A stretch of DNA of 64,000 nucleotides, taken from assembly GCA_002633005.1 (NCBI GenBank), contig NMRA01000004.1:2087935-2151934 (forward strand). Reading direction: 5' to 3'. Under the pieces are notes generated by a model. It was not told where the DNA came from. It searched no databases and saw nothing but the letters and a program-made list of their open reading frames with translations. The stretch comes from Phoronis australis (taxonomy: Eukaryota > Animalia > Phoronida). Shown piece after piece: positions 1 to 13,289 of the stretch. The position numbers and the translations under genes were made by a program. Every line of letters begins with the position of its first letter. Position 1 is the stretch's first letter.

Positions 1-1879
1 AACGGGTCTGTGCAAATGCATGTTTCGGACCTCCGGCTTCGGCCGTCCAAGCAGATGTGTTCACCGGCACACGCGGCTAACCGATGTATATGTGCTTGTC
101 TTACCAACCAGTACAGGTTGGTTTTGGTGTCACGTGTGCATTCTTCTTTTTTCCTTGAAATACTTAATGTTACTCTATCCTTTGCAAAATTTTGCTCCCA
201 GCTTTTATTCAAATTTGGCCTGTGCCCTCAATTCTGAATATGCACATGTACATGTACACAAACATGTGCAGTTCCATTGGTCAATTATTGCATACAATGA
301 CACGACTTCACATGCACGCATACTGTTGTTTGTATGCTCATCGATTTCCATGGGTTCCTATTAATTTTTTTACTTAGTGTTCAAGTGTTTCACACGAACG
401 CATGCCTCAAATCTTTTTCTTAGAATAAATCATGTGGCGTCGGGTCAAGGAATTTTTAGGACGGTACAAAAAACTTGGGGAATACAGTGATGTAATGGCG
501 CGCCGGAGGAGCGGCCCCCTTCACAGCTGATCGTCTTATCGGTTTATAAACAACAGAAGAATAGGTACTATAAAATTATAACAACGAAAAAGTTTAATCA
601 TGTTGCTGTAAAATATCATTTTCCAAAACTTTATACATTTCAGTGATTGTCTTTTCGACTGAGCCGGCAAAACCTCCCAGGCCCTAGCAGCACTTCGTGA
701 GAAATTCAGCCAAAGTGATTAGGAATTTTGTCTTTGCAATGGCTTATATGACTGTTTAAGAAATGCAAAGGCCACAAATTTACATTGCTTTATGTTACCA
801 ATATTTAACACCTCGTTAGTATTTAAAATTTTAAATTCTATTCTGAAATTCCCCGGCTTCTATAACGCCACCGTGCTTTTGTTTACGTGGCGTTCATCAC
901 CAGTATGGCAGACCGTGTGTCACTGTCTGGCTTGCGAGTACAGTTGTGTGTCTTTTATGTATATAGCCCATGCCCTGGACCGTGTTAAGCAATAGAGAGG
1001 CCAGGACACACAAAAGTTATTGGGCTCGTAACCTCTATGACATACTCCTCGAGCTATGATTCTAGACTTTGGTACATTCTTGAATTTGTTTGCTAGGGTG
1101 CATTCTTTTGATTATAAAATCTTGCTGTTTGTCGAAAACCGAACAAGGATTGCGTTCAAGATAACCGTCAATAATGGATTTTGAAATTTGAAAAACGTCT
1201 TCGCCAGTAATATTGCTTCTCATCGACGCCAAATTGTTCTCGTTGACATCAGCAATCCTTGACAAAGCAGCATGTGACGTTTGGCACTGCATTCGGATAA
1301 CTCGAGTTGCACCTCCCCTGGCAGCCCAGCATATTTCGAACAAGCTTGATGGGGTTTATCATAATTTCGAAACATGCGTTGCCGTTTGTGGGTTGATAGC
1401 GATCATAATTTATAGAAAGTCTGATTGATTGCAAAAAGTCTGTTGCTGCAATACAAGAACTAGAAACGGTAGTGTAGCACAATTGGAGGCCCCACTCCGC
1501 CATATTGCCATTCTCCGAAATGGTTAGCGGTCGAAAATCTAACGCATCTAAGCGGCAAATAAACAATACTAACCGAGTCCGAACCATGTAGACACCGATA
1601 AAATCAAACTTTAATGACGTTCTACGTGCAATATAACAACTGTGTGATTGAAAATGGGTAAAACACATATGTTCACATTCACTTATAATCAAATGAGAAT
1701 AAAAATGTGTGTTTCAGTCAACATTATAGTGTAACAATTTAGCATTCATTCTCTAGAAACTCTTTTCAAAAACTGATCCTTGTTTGAGTTTTTAGTAAAG
1801 CAAGTCACGGTTTCTATGATTACATTTGATACATGTACCTGCAGGGACTACATAGTTTTAGTGATTTCTCATCATGGTG

Positions 1880-2190
1880 CTTCAGGGGCACTGTCCTCGG
1901 GTACCAGCGGAAGGGGACACATTTGGACCAAAACAAGTAAAAACTAGGCGGGTGCCAGATTGGTGTTGACCCCCTCTCAGGAGGGTGCTCGGGAAAAGTG
2001 CAAAACAACTAAAAACCAGATGGCGTCAAATGGAAGATGACCCCTCCCAGCGTGGTGCATGGAAAGAGTGCACAGCGGGTGAAACCCAGATGGTCGCCAA
2101 ATGGGAGTTGCGCCCCTCTGATGGAGTACATGGGAGGAGTGCTAAACAGGTAAAAACCAAGATGTTTGTCATATGGGTGTTGAGCCCTCC
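1880..2190. repeat. Degenerate ~70-bp tandem repeat, about 4 units
   Basis: Recurring aaaaccagatgg..caaatggg..ttg.cccct...gagtgc blocks spaced ~70 bp apart. Confidence 0.5.
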
Positions 2191-2810
2191 CATTCTTCGT
2201 CAAAAAGTTTGGTTGGTAGATCCCCCTGACCGTTGACAACATGTGCTGAGGTGGTGACGCCCCCAAGGACTTTTTGTAATGACTGGTGGCCATGCCCCTG
2301 TGGTTATATCAGTGCCATCCTGGATATTTTCCTACATTTCATTCCAACAATTTCGCCTGTGTTCTCTAAGGAATGCAGTAGGTGTTACACAAGTAACAAG
2401 AAGAAAGCAAGGCAATTGATCACTACGCAAGGAGAGTAGGCTCGACTCCGCACTCCCTCACTACAATCACCAATAGATGCGATTCAGTTCCTCAGGAAAT
2501 GTAAGAAATGTCAATTCTTGTGTTTTCGTGGATGAATTTGTGTAATTTATTGCGCTGCAAAAGGCGCTTTTCCCCCATTGTTCCCGCGTTTCGTACTTGA
2601 CCGTTACTTATAAGCTACTTGGTAGTTGCGATAACAGCGAGCTCACCGGTGAATACTCCTACTATAGTAAACTCTTTGGTAGGTCTAAAGAATGAGCAGA
2701 GACTAAAGTTTGTAATACTTATATTTTGTTTTTGTTGATCACTTCCACTGATTAAGATCAGAAACACACAAGCACATGTAGATGTACTTAGAAACCTAGT
2801 CAAAATCCTG

Positions 2811-2969
2811 GGGCTCGTTCCAAGAAACTGATTTAAGTTCATTTTTGACTTACGTCTAAGATTTGTCTCAAATCCCTCATTTTGAAACTTCCATATCCGG
2901 TAATATAGTCAAAATTAAGACAAAACTTATATCAAACCCTTACGTCAAACTTCTTTCTTGAAACGGCCT
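2811..2969. mobile_element. Small decayed PIF/Harbinger-like MITE
   Basis: Imperfect TIRs gggctcgttccaagaaa / tttcttgaaacggcct, internal ttacgtc repeats; TSD not intact. Confidence 0.4.
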
Positions 2970-3868
2970 TGAGAAAAATTTAACCTTTATTATGAAATTT
3001 GCTAATATTTGTCTTAGCAAAGTCAGGTTAGTTGAAACGAACCCCAGTTCAACATCAAATGCAGACAATGTGAATGCAACTGTGAGCCTGTTTCTGGTCA
3101 TCACAGCCTCGAGTGAAGATTGTATTATTTGTTATGCAAACGAACATGCATGGGTAGCAATATATCTTGCCAGTCACGTGGAAATATATCGGATTGGAGC
3201 GAATGATGGTTTCTCCATTTTTCAAATGTTTGAGAGAAACTTTCTCGATGGTATCATGTCTTCTGTTCTGGTATTTGCAATGACCATCACCATCAACGCG
3301 TTGAGACTGAACAAATTGAATTCCTGTTTAAGGTGCTGATTAGGTTGCTCTTTTGACAGACGTTCACGCGACGTGTTGCATATGCACAATCCATTCGGTA
3401 ATTAGAGATATTTCGGGCTGTGCATTCGTATTAATACAGATTTGATATCATGTGACTCATTCTTCCGGTGGTGAGTTGCTCTACATCTAAAGTAATGGCT
3501 AGTCTTTACGCTAATGACGGATGTTCTTGAACACTACGTTCGATGGTTCATGCGTCGCTGGGGTTTATGTATTTTAGCAAAGATCTTTTTTGCTTACCCA
3601 ACTCCGATGCTTCACGTGCGTTCTTGACACGTTTCCCACTACCAGGTTAATAAAACCGCACCACCTCTTCTGTTTAATAGCTTGGGTGGTTCCAATTTAC
3701 TAATGACGCGTTAATTTATTACACATTTCACCCCTACACGTGCCCGCTTCTTAGTTACAATACCGACCAACGAAGTGTTGGAACCAAAACAACGAATGCG
3801 AAGTCCATACAGTCCTTGAACTTGTTCTTGAAACTGTGAAAAGTGCAACCTTACAGTGCAAGGCTTAA

Positions 3869-5200
3869 AAGAGATTGCCAGCCAAAAAACAACCTATTTT
3901 GTATCAATTTAGATCGAGTAGTTCCACTCGATAACACCAAGTAGAGCTCTTTTATCTGACGTCAGACGGAGGTGTTGACATTAACCAATGACATCCGAGG
4001 ATCGAATGCAGTCTTTTCAGCAGTTCACAACAAGCTTACTGGTGTCAGCTTATCTCTTGAACTCATCGTTTTACATCAATAAATCTTTAAAATTCGATGT
4101 AAAACCCTTACAAATACATCGAACTATTGAACAAAAGTGTAACTTATTTTATTTCGCTGTTACGGATTTTAGGTAGCCTACACAATTCGGTAGGCCAATT
4201 TAGCAAGGTTGGTCGCGGGAGTTTGGGGTGTGTTCAGTGACAAATTCCAATTATTCGTCCGTGAAATACAGAGAGCCAAAGTTGGAAACTATACTTCCAG
4301 TCATGAAAAGAGTATACTAGTTAGCCAAAGAAAAAAGGTGCACTCGATTATTTTTATGAATTATCCGCGAAACTGCAAATCTACTTACAAACTCGTGGGG
4401 GACGCAAATTCAGGTTACCCTTCCACAGAACCGTCAGGGCAAACGTTGTATAGTAACAATGATTCTAATAATGTATATGAATATCTGAATAACGATTAAC
4501 TTAACATATAACCATAGGAAATAAAATCGACTTATTGTTTCACAACAGCTTTCTGCCAGCAAAAACTGAATTAGCATTCGCTCAGACAGCCTCGGTGCCC
4601 TCTGGTCAATTAAATTGTTGCATCTAAAGCAGGTAACGCAGTGATTTATTCATTGCTGGCTTCTCAAAATATCTGCACTCACGAACACTCCATGTATCTA
4701 ATAAGACAGGCGTTGTTTCACTTTTATGTAAGGATCGGTTAGGGTTAGAATAATTCATTTTGAAACAGAACGCACAAGAATAAACGTCAACTTGTCATTC
4801 GCAATCTCGACTTAGACCGAGTGCTCATCTGACGAAGACTTCACAGGTCGATCTTTAGGTTTCACAGGAATACACTGATCAAGAAATCATTGAGAGGCCT
4901 CCGCCGTGAACGTGCAAAGACAACTTAACATATAGGTAGTTCCAAAAACGGATTGAATGACTTGTCATGGTGTCAGTGAGCTAACTGCACGATAATGGAA
5001 ACGACTGACGCTTGCGTTTGCTGTCACGCAATTCTGCAAGTGAAAAGCCTTCTTGGAGAAGCGCAGATGTGTCTCACGGACCATCCTGATTTTGCACAGC
5101 GTCTAAACAGAGGTGTGCTTACGACGATTTTTATGGCTGACTAAAACAACTGGCGAAAACATCCTACACCCAGAGGTCCAAACACAATCCCCACGAACGA
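3869..5200 (+). mobile_element. Truncated Kolobok DNA transposon (left end plus coding remnant)
   Basis: TTAA followed by aagagattgccagcc; first ~550 bp are homologous in inverted orientation to the end of the 5694-6844 element; contains a KolX-like remnant; right end not found. Confidence 0.65.
4947..5180 (+). pseudogene. KolX (P2X7 C-terminal-like Cys-rich domain) remnant of a Kolobok transposon
   Basis: Translates LNDLSWCQ*ANCTIMETTDACVCCHAI...MCLTDHPDFAQRLNRGVL, matching the WCxCxNC..M....CxCC...C(I/L)TxHPxF...LN..VL pattern; internal stops. Confidence 0.7.
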
Positions 5201-5693
5201 GTCGTCATCAAGCGGGTTCTATCAAACGTTATGTTCTCACGCCTTGAATTAATTGTAATTGTTTATGTTTTCATAGCCAACTGCGATTATCCAAAAGCAA
5301 AAACTGATCAACAACCGATCCAACGAAATGCAGGCCATTGACAGACCCGGAGAATTTCACTGCCTCATACTTGGTATTAATGGCGTATTTTTCATTCTTC
5401 ACTACCGCGAGCCTCTTCCGAAACATTATGGGCTCTCGAGGAAATCGAAAAAAACGATATACCTGCTTTCCTCGCTGCTTCACAATTCGCACAAGCGGGA
5501 ACGATACACCACACCATAGCGGCACCCAAACTGCAGATGAACCACTGACGTCGCTGCATCATTTCTCACCAGACCAGGTCTAACTGTGCGCATTTTTTGA
5601 CAAATTTCACAAAACCGTCTGCTGAAAATTGCTAAAAGTTTGTTGCTAACAATTAACTATGAACTTTGCTTTTTAGTTTTTTAGCATTTTTAA

Positions 5694-6844
5694 AGGAGCA
5701 TTCCACCCGATTTAAATAGTCTTTTTTACCATCTTAATCGGTCTATGTCCACATCGCCTCGCATACGGTCGACCTTACCTTGCCAAGAGGTGTCGCGCTA
5801 ACCTGTGAGGAAGGTAGGAAACGACGCTAGCGACGTCAGTGGTTCATATGCAGAGTTAATGCCGCTATGTTGCGGTCCATCTTTCCCGCTTGTCCGAAAT
5901 AAGCAGCTGCGAAGAAAGCTGGTATATCATTTTTTTACTTCTTCGAGAGTCCGAAATGCTTAGGAAGTTGCTCATGGTAGTGACGAATAAAATATACGCC
6001 GTAAATAAGCAAGTATGACGCCGTGAAACATCTCCGTGTCTGCGGCCTGCATACGTCGACAGTGCCTGACGAATGCCGGCTTACCAAATAACTCCATACG
6101 TTCCGGAACCGGAATTCTCGGCCCTCGACGAGTAAGTAGATTTGCAGTTTCGTGGCTATTTCACCAACATTATCAGGTGCACATTACTTTGGCTCACTAG
6201 TATAGTATTTTCTTGACTGGAAGTTTAGTTTGCACTGAACTTTGGCTGGTTTATGTTCGTGATCTCTGATCAGTTTCCTTGCCACTGGCGGAGATAACGC
6301 CGAATCAATCCGGCCAGCCGCGACAGGCCTGATCGGGCTCCGAGCCACTGGCCAGGCTAACAAGCGTTTTGTGTTTAGAACTCAAAAAATTACAAGTCTA
6401 AACAACACAGATCTAGGTTCTCCTGTCTGTATCTCACGGAAAATTCTTCGAAATTATCTCCGAACAGACCCCAAACTCCTGCTACGGACCTTATTGGCCT
6501 GCCGAACTTTGTAGGCTGCGGTGTATCCAAATACCAATAAATCCGTAAGAGCGAAATAAAACAACACGTTTTTATAAGCACTCGGTGTAGTTTTAAGGGT
6601 TTTACATCGAAGTTTGTTGATTTATTGATGTTAAACGATGAGTTCAAGCGATAAGCTGACACCAGTAACCCGTGTTGTGAACTGCTGAACAGACTGCGTG
6701 TGAAACCGATGACGTCAGTGGATAATTTCAACACCTCCTTCTGCCGTCAGGTGTCAGGTAACGCAACCGTACGTGTCGGTATGGAGTAGAACTACTCGAT
6801 CTAAATTGATACAAATTAGGTTGTTTTTTGGGTGGCATGCTCCT
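5694..6844 (-). mobile_element. Complete non-autonomous Kolobok element (~1.15 kb)
   Basis: TTAA on both sides (5690-5693, 6845-6848); 15-bp TIRs AGGAGCATTCCACCC / GGGTGGCATGCTCCT (14/15); RR...YY termini. Confidence 0.85.
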
Positions 6845-8259
6845 TTAAGTTTAACAGTTTTAAGGTTTAACTTTTTCGTTGTGGTTCAGTGCCCCTAAAG
6901 ATCAGTGCGGGTCTCCTGAAGGTGCGGGCCCCGGCCCATAGGTAAAGGGCCCAATAGTTAACTTGACCAAGCCTGCACGACCGTCTTCACCAACATCGCT
7001 TCTTCAAACATCACCACTTCAGCCTTCAACACGTCAATTATAATCAATACAACCACCGTCATCACTGTAACCACTACGTCCCCTCACTGCCACCATCGGC
7101 AGAAAAACGCACCACAAGTTTCACGAAATGGACTCTTCCCTTTCATGCATGATGTGTCGCGATATCAACTTGCCGTGAAAGGTGAATATGGGCTATGTCA
7201 AAATTCTATTTGCTGAAAATCTGTTTTCCGGCAATTGGTTGCGTGTTGTGGTTGACGCATATTGCAAATGACATTAGTGGAATGAACAAATGATTAGCGC
7301 TTGTTATCATTATTCTCGAATAATGAGTGCAGTCCCTTGCAGCGATTTCTAATTAGTAGGAAACAAAACCTTTCTTAATGTGTAACGAAGACAATACGGC
7401 CATGATCCATCCACCCGTAATGATGAATGACGTAAAAGGATGGTTTAGTCCAGAACACCATGGCACGGGTTCGATATTAGACATTTGCGTGTATCGTGTA
7501 TGGAGGATTGGGGAAACAACTAACTGCAAAGAGTTGAACAGGTAATGTGACCAACGTTTACGTAAAAGGCAGTTTGTGGATTGAATTTTTGAATATCTGC
7601 ATTTGCGTGTAGGTTTATCAAACCCACGGGAAACTCGGTCGCAAGCTCGTCGCAAGCTCGTCGCATAGATATCGATAGGTAGGCGTATCCGTTGTTCACT
7701 TTGTTTTTCCATTTTTATAATAAGATAATTACAAGGAATTTATCGGTTTCGGGCTGATGTGCGCCCAAGGTACGATTTCCATGTGACCTGTATTATTATG
7801 CCCAACAAAGACGCAACAAAGGCGATGATCATGCTAACGCAGGATCTCGCAAACTAAACAGTACCTTGCGACTTCCATAAGATGTCATTTGGCATCGGAA
7901 GAGTATTTACTAATCACCCATTCCCACAGACCGCACTTCACGTTGCGCGTCGTGACGCCCCATCTTTGTTTTTCTGAAGCTATGTAGCTTTCGAGTTTAC
8001 AGCAAATGTTAATGCTTTGCACGGTTTTGTTCGTACTCTTTACAAAATTGTGCAACATTCCAAATTTAACCAGACGAAAAACTGTCAAATTTGTTGCCAA
8101 GATTGACGGAATTCACTACTCACTAAATAATTCAATCAGTCTGGTAGATACACTGAGTAGACGAGAATCTAGGAAAATAGACGAACAGTACCTGCGAGCG
8201 TTTTCTGGTCATCCTATCAGCATCCTCCGATGGTTCCCAGAGTTCCGCTAGGAAGTCGG

Positions 8260-8752
8260 TAGCCAACACGCAGGTATCACTTTATTTTCCTCGGTATTTT
8301 TTTTGCACCGGCGTTTCTGATTGGCTGGTCTAATTCGCAACAGTCCATAGTCATGCCAGTTTGTGGTCCGTTGAGAAGACAAATCGGTGCTTGAAATTTA
8401 TGTTCAGGAAATATGAATCCTAGAAATTGTGGTTGCGCCTTTTTGGAGTGCATCTTTCGACTGTCGATGACTTTTGTTTAAGATTCTTACTTGTATTCAC
8501 ACAGTATAAATAACACACCGTTAAATCGGCCAGCTATGTGTTTCATTTTATATGTATGTGCTTCAAGCACGCGGCTATTAAACATCACTGCAGAAACGAA
8601 ATAGTTGCTGCGACGGCACTTGCATGACAAGGCTAAAAATCCTTCACAGTCCGCCATATTTTTACGGTGTTGTAAAGCTAACCAATGACTACTGAGGTTA
8701 CATCAACCAATGCTAAAGCGCGTGCCACTGCGTGATACCTGAGTGCTGGCTA
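8260..8752. mobile_element. MITE with 21-bp TIRs (TAGCC...GGCTA)
   Basis: tagccaacacgcaggtatcac / gtgatacctgagtgctggcta (19/21); no clear TSD. Confidence 0.55.
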
Positions 8753-11003
8753 AGCCCGTAGGGAACCAGCGAGATCAGCGTCCATGCTCTAACTAGTGGT
8801 TGCGTTGGGTTGGCATGTGACAACACATTTCGATTTTCATTGAAGATCTCACCAACTGTCCTGCCACGTGCTAACTGCGACACTACAGATTAAATTGACG
8901 TTGCGCTGTAGCGCACGCGTTTAATTTCTGAGTCAGGTCTTGTTAACTTGCCAGTGCGTGGAATGTTATCTTCGCGTATTTCAATGAGTGCCTGAATAAC
9001 CTTCCTTGGGGATCCAAAATTTAAAAGGAGGGCAATGCCCTGCCTCCATGGCATTTCTTTCAGTATCCGATCGCCACAATTTTTGATCAACTCCCACTTT
9101 GTTGTAAATTTTTGAAAGGCCCTTTGGCTACGTGGGGACTCAGCCCCCTAAGTTGTGAATTGCCATGCTGCAGGGTGTTGTTACACCTGTCTGTACCTTA
9201 ATCCGGCGTTGTATTTCCTCTTCAAAACTTAGATTATCTGTACTTCGAGAATGTGACGTTTGTGATCTGCAGTATGCATGTGTGCCAGGATATCCGATTG
9301 CGATTGTGAGAAATGGATATTTTCGAGACTATTTGAAGGAGCCCAAAACAAACCGAGCCACGGTTTCGCGTGGTAAGTTAAGGTAACTCCACCAAGCGGT
9401 TAAGATTAAGGTCCACGCGGAGCTTCGGCATGAGCGGCGGCCAGGCGTCTCTGAGCCATCGTGGTGAATTTCAGAATTCCGCTTGAAGTATTGATATACA
9501 TATAGTATCCTAATATCGATGTTCGTTCAAGTTGTTTCCGTTATATGTACACATATCCACAGCACACCTATCACAAGTCGCAATGAACAGTTTATTAACC
9601 AGCACGTTGTTATTAAGTATGATTAACCTTAGAAATTCTAAATGACATGGTACTTGTCTGCAGAAAATGATCGATAATTTACCCTAATATTTCTAAACGT
9701 GTAATAGCTGCCAAGATGTTATTAAATTTTCATTAAGTTCATTTTAGAAAACCGAAGTCGGTTGATGATATATTAATTAAATTATATCGAAATTGACCAG
9801 ATTGTCAATCATTTACTCCGTTCTTAGGAAACTGCGTTTGTCTCTTTTAGCTTTTGTTCATTTTCAATTTAAATATCTTGTAGTCCTTTGGACGTAAATT
9901 AATTCCCAGTGCTAACGGCCATTGTTCCGTCAATAGTGCTGTGATGTTTGCCAACTATAGTCTACAGTTATGGTTAGGATAAGGCCATGTTAATTCATCG
10001 CCGAGATAAATGTCGTTGTGCGTAATGCCTTGAAAGCTTCAGGCAGTGCCAACTTTGAAAACCATTGTTTTGGATTTCTATTACGGCGAGTTAGCGTTCC
10101 TAATTACGCATGGTGAATAATGGGCCATCTGGTGTTAACTGAGTGCACGAACTGGAAGGTTCGTCACCACTAACTTAATTCAAGCCGGCCATCCATCAGC
10201 ACCTGTCTATTTGCTTGTCTGCGCCCTCACGTCCGTGAGACGACTATCCATTTCGCGATGAGAAGTGTGAACATATCCGTGAATAGACAAGTGTACTGTT
10301 GCTCTCTGTGTCGTGGTCCTGATATCAACATCGAAGTTGTCTCACTGGTAGATCTATTTGTAGGATTTTGAGTAACAAGGATGCAAATCGCATGTCCCCC
10401 ACCCCCAAAGCGGCAGGCTCGATCCCTCTGAATCCGCTTAGACGTGTCCTTATTATAATCACGATTTCAAGGACAACAATCACTTTATGCTCCTGGCCTA
10501 TGGAATCACTGTGCACAGGAGACAACATGAATGATTGTATACACGAGATACTTTGAAAACAACATAAAAATAGATGTAGTTGACCTACAGGTACAACATG
10601 TACATGCATTGTACTAACTCTTAGTTCGCCGGTTGAAGCTGCACAGTGAATTATTCCAGGTCACGCACCTCTGCCAAATAAGCAGCAGGGACTTCATTAC
10701 CTTTGGGACTTACGCAGGAGCATTCAGCAAGAAGCAACAGGATAAGGCATGCAAGCCCAAGGGAACGTTAGATCTTACGTCTCTGAGACATCACTCTGTG
10801 TGCATTTCCTTTTAGACTGAAGGCGATTAGAGATGTTAAAATGCATGTACGTCGTGCACTTGTCACTCCGTCGTGCGGAAATTACATTTTCGTTCACCAC
10901 GGCATCTATACTCATTTATAACTCATAGAGAATGGGTCCATTACAGACAATTCTGTGCGTGCTTCCAAGTACAGTATCTATACAACTTTAATTTTTTAGA
11001 GAA

Positions 11004-11033
11004 ATATATATATATATATATACATATATATAT
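11004..11033. repeat. (TA)n microsatellite
   Basis: atatatatatatatatatacatatatatatac. Confidence 0.9.
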
Positions 11034-11765
11034 ACTCTGTAGTGTTATATCATTTCTATCAGGCGACAGTGCCCTTTTAATAAAAATTAGCGAAAAAAAA
11101 AAGAAATACAAATTAACAAAGTCAATTACGTGATCTAAGCTGTTTCGCTTGTTTGGTGTGATCCCTTCAAATAAAATTGAAATGCTGAAATTAAAGAATG
11201 ATAGTAATTAGGCCAGATTTACGTAACTCTGTAAGTTGCATGTACTTAGCACTCCGAAATTATTGCCCGACTCTGGACCTCAGGTCAATCCAAATCCTTC
11301 TGAATCCTGTGAGCATACGATGGTGCAACCCAAGTGTCAGACCACACCGGTGATAATTGCCCCCCACCCGTGGTTACCTGAATTGAAAAAAATCTAACAC
11401 CGGAAAATTTATCGAGAGTGTAATGTGACTGTGCATTTCTGTTCCTGTTTGTTGCTCAAAATGGCGTCATCACTAAACATTCGAATTATTCAAGATGAAA
11501 TCTAAAAACGCTCTTATGTGTTCGTTTCATGTAATTTTTCTTGTTTAATAAAATCACAATCGTGTGATTGTAAATATCAAAACCATTCAGTCGTAATATC
11601 TGATTCTCAAAATATACATGTAGGTATAAAAACTTAACGTGTTTAATGGGCTACTCGACGCGGTGTCGCTGCTGTAGTAGTGGTGATTGAATTGCGCATG
11701 CGTCGCTGTCTGCATGTAAATAGCTGGTAAAAAGAAGAATTGTTATCAAAATACGTCGTTGCGCT

Positions 11766-12610
11766 AAGCCTTACTATTGCTATTTTCCCGGGTGCAAGTC
11801 TTCGACAGGTGGTCACAAATTCCTAAAAGACCTAAGGTCACTACTGAATTGTGGAGATTTGCGGTCAAATGGGTCCACCAAGTGAGAAAAAGCGTGAGGA
11901 TGACGAAGCCTCACGCCCAGTGTGTGTGCTCTATGCATTTCCATTGAGAGACTACATAATCACGTTACTTGGTAAGTTTTTAGTAGTTATGTCCACCAGT
12001 TACCCCACTCCACACCGGGTTTATTCAGTGGAACGAAGTGTTTCTCTTCAGAAATTCACGCGGGACCCGGATGGTAGGCTAGCAGCACATATCCTGGGTG
12101 GGAGTGATCCCAATATAAGATGTGTATGGGACGTGCCGCTCAGAAGTCAATGGTGACAGCAGTTACTTTAAACGCTCTGCTATGTCCAAAAAATCTGTAG
12201 ATGAGTGAGTTTCCTTATTTTATAGCGGACCCCACCACAAGGACAACCAGACTAGTTAACAAATTTACATGAATGAGCTATCCAGTAAATTCGTAACATT
12301 GCATTGGAATAAATATTGACTCCTTGAATGAATTTTATTTGTAGATATCAGAAACACATTTTAGGTGTCATGAAAAATCACGTTTATCCTGTTTCACATA
12401 TTTTAATTCAGATCTTAAATAAGGTTTAGGTACAAAAATTATTAGTTTTTACATATAAATATGAAGTTGGAATGTCAAGAATGTTCTGCCTTACAAAAGT
12501 AGTTTTGTCTTGTGTTTTCTTTTATAATTTGCTAATACTTCTTTGTTACAGGTGAGAGCAAACGACTGAAACCAACCGCTTTACCCTCTATTTTAGCTTT
12601 CGAGAAAGTG
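11766..12610 (+). pseudogene. THAP zinc-finger N-terminus of ISL2EU transposase (spliced, decayed)
   Basis: PYYCYFPGCKS..HKF.KD..KWVHQVRK..VCSMHF across frameshifts, donor gtaagt at ~11972, then acceptor ttacag at 12551 followed by KRLKPTALPSIL (AVPTIF-like box); no DDE core follows. Confidence 0.7.
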
Positions 12611-13289
12611 AAAATCAGTTCTTCAGAAATAACCTGGGGGAATTGAACCTCTCAATTCAGAAAGTCAGTCCTTGATAACCGTGATTATGGGCTCCTTTAC
12701 ATTGGGAAAATTATAATTGTTTTTAACAAATAATGTTGTTGCGTTGTATATATACGTATGGTTGTTCAGTTGGCCATTCTGTTTTTAAATACACTGATTA
12801 TTGTTTATTCTCGAATATTGTGTATAGCAGATTCTTATCAAGTAAGCTTCAGTAGGATTGAAAACATACTTTGCTTGCATGTGGAACTTTTGTTATAGAC
12901 AGGTTAACACAAAACTTAAAACTGTTCTAAGGAATTCTTAAGAAATCTCTAAAATAGTTCAGACATAAACAAATGAAATGCAGTCAATGGGAATACTTCA
13001 TTTTCATCGCCGGACATTTCTATAGGTCAACAGGGAAATGACAATTCGCAAGCGTAATCAGCACAACTGTACTGTATGGGTCTTTGAAACTGAAGAAGTA
13101 TTTTTGAATAATTAGTAAAAACTTGCATGTTGATGAAAAATTTATTCGATCATCAAAGTATAACATTAACAGGCTTTTTACTGACAGTAAAACAATCGAT
13201 GCGAACCCTGGAGGTCATTTCCACATACATGTAATGCGTATCGAGTTGAAGTTTTTACCATTAGTGTAAAGCCTTTTTTCTGAAAGGAA

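Noticed and set aside
1062-1692. Overlapping minus-strand ORFs that look protein-like
   Set aside because: No motif I could recognise and no clear splice structure; could be a decayed TE gene but unsupported
7440-7480. tRNA or tRNA-derived SINE (ggttcgat B-box-like)
   Set aside because: No cloverleaf stems or convincing A-box spacing, and no second copy in the window
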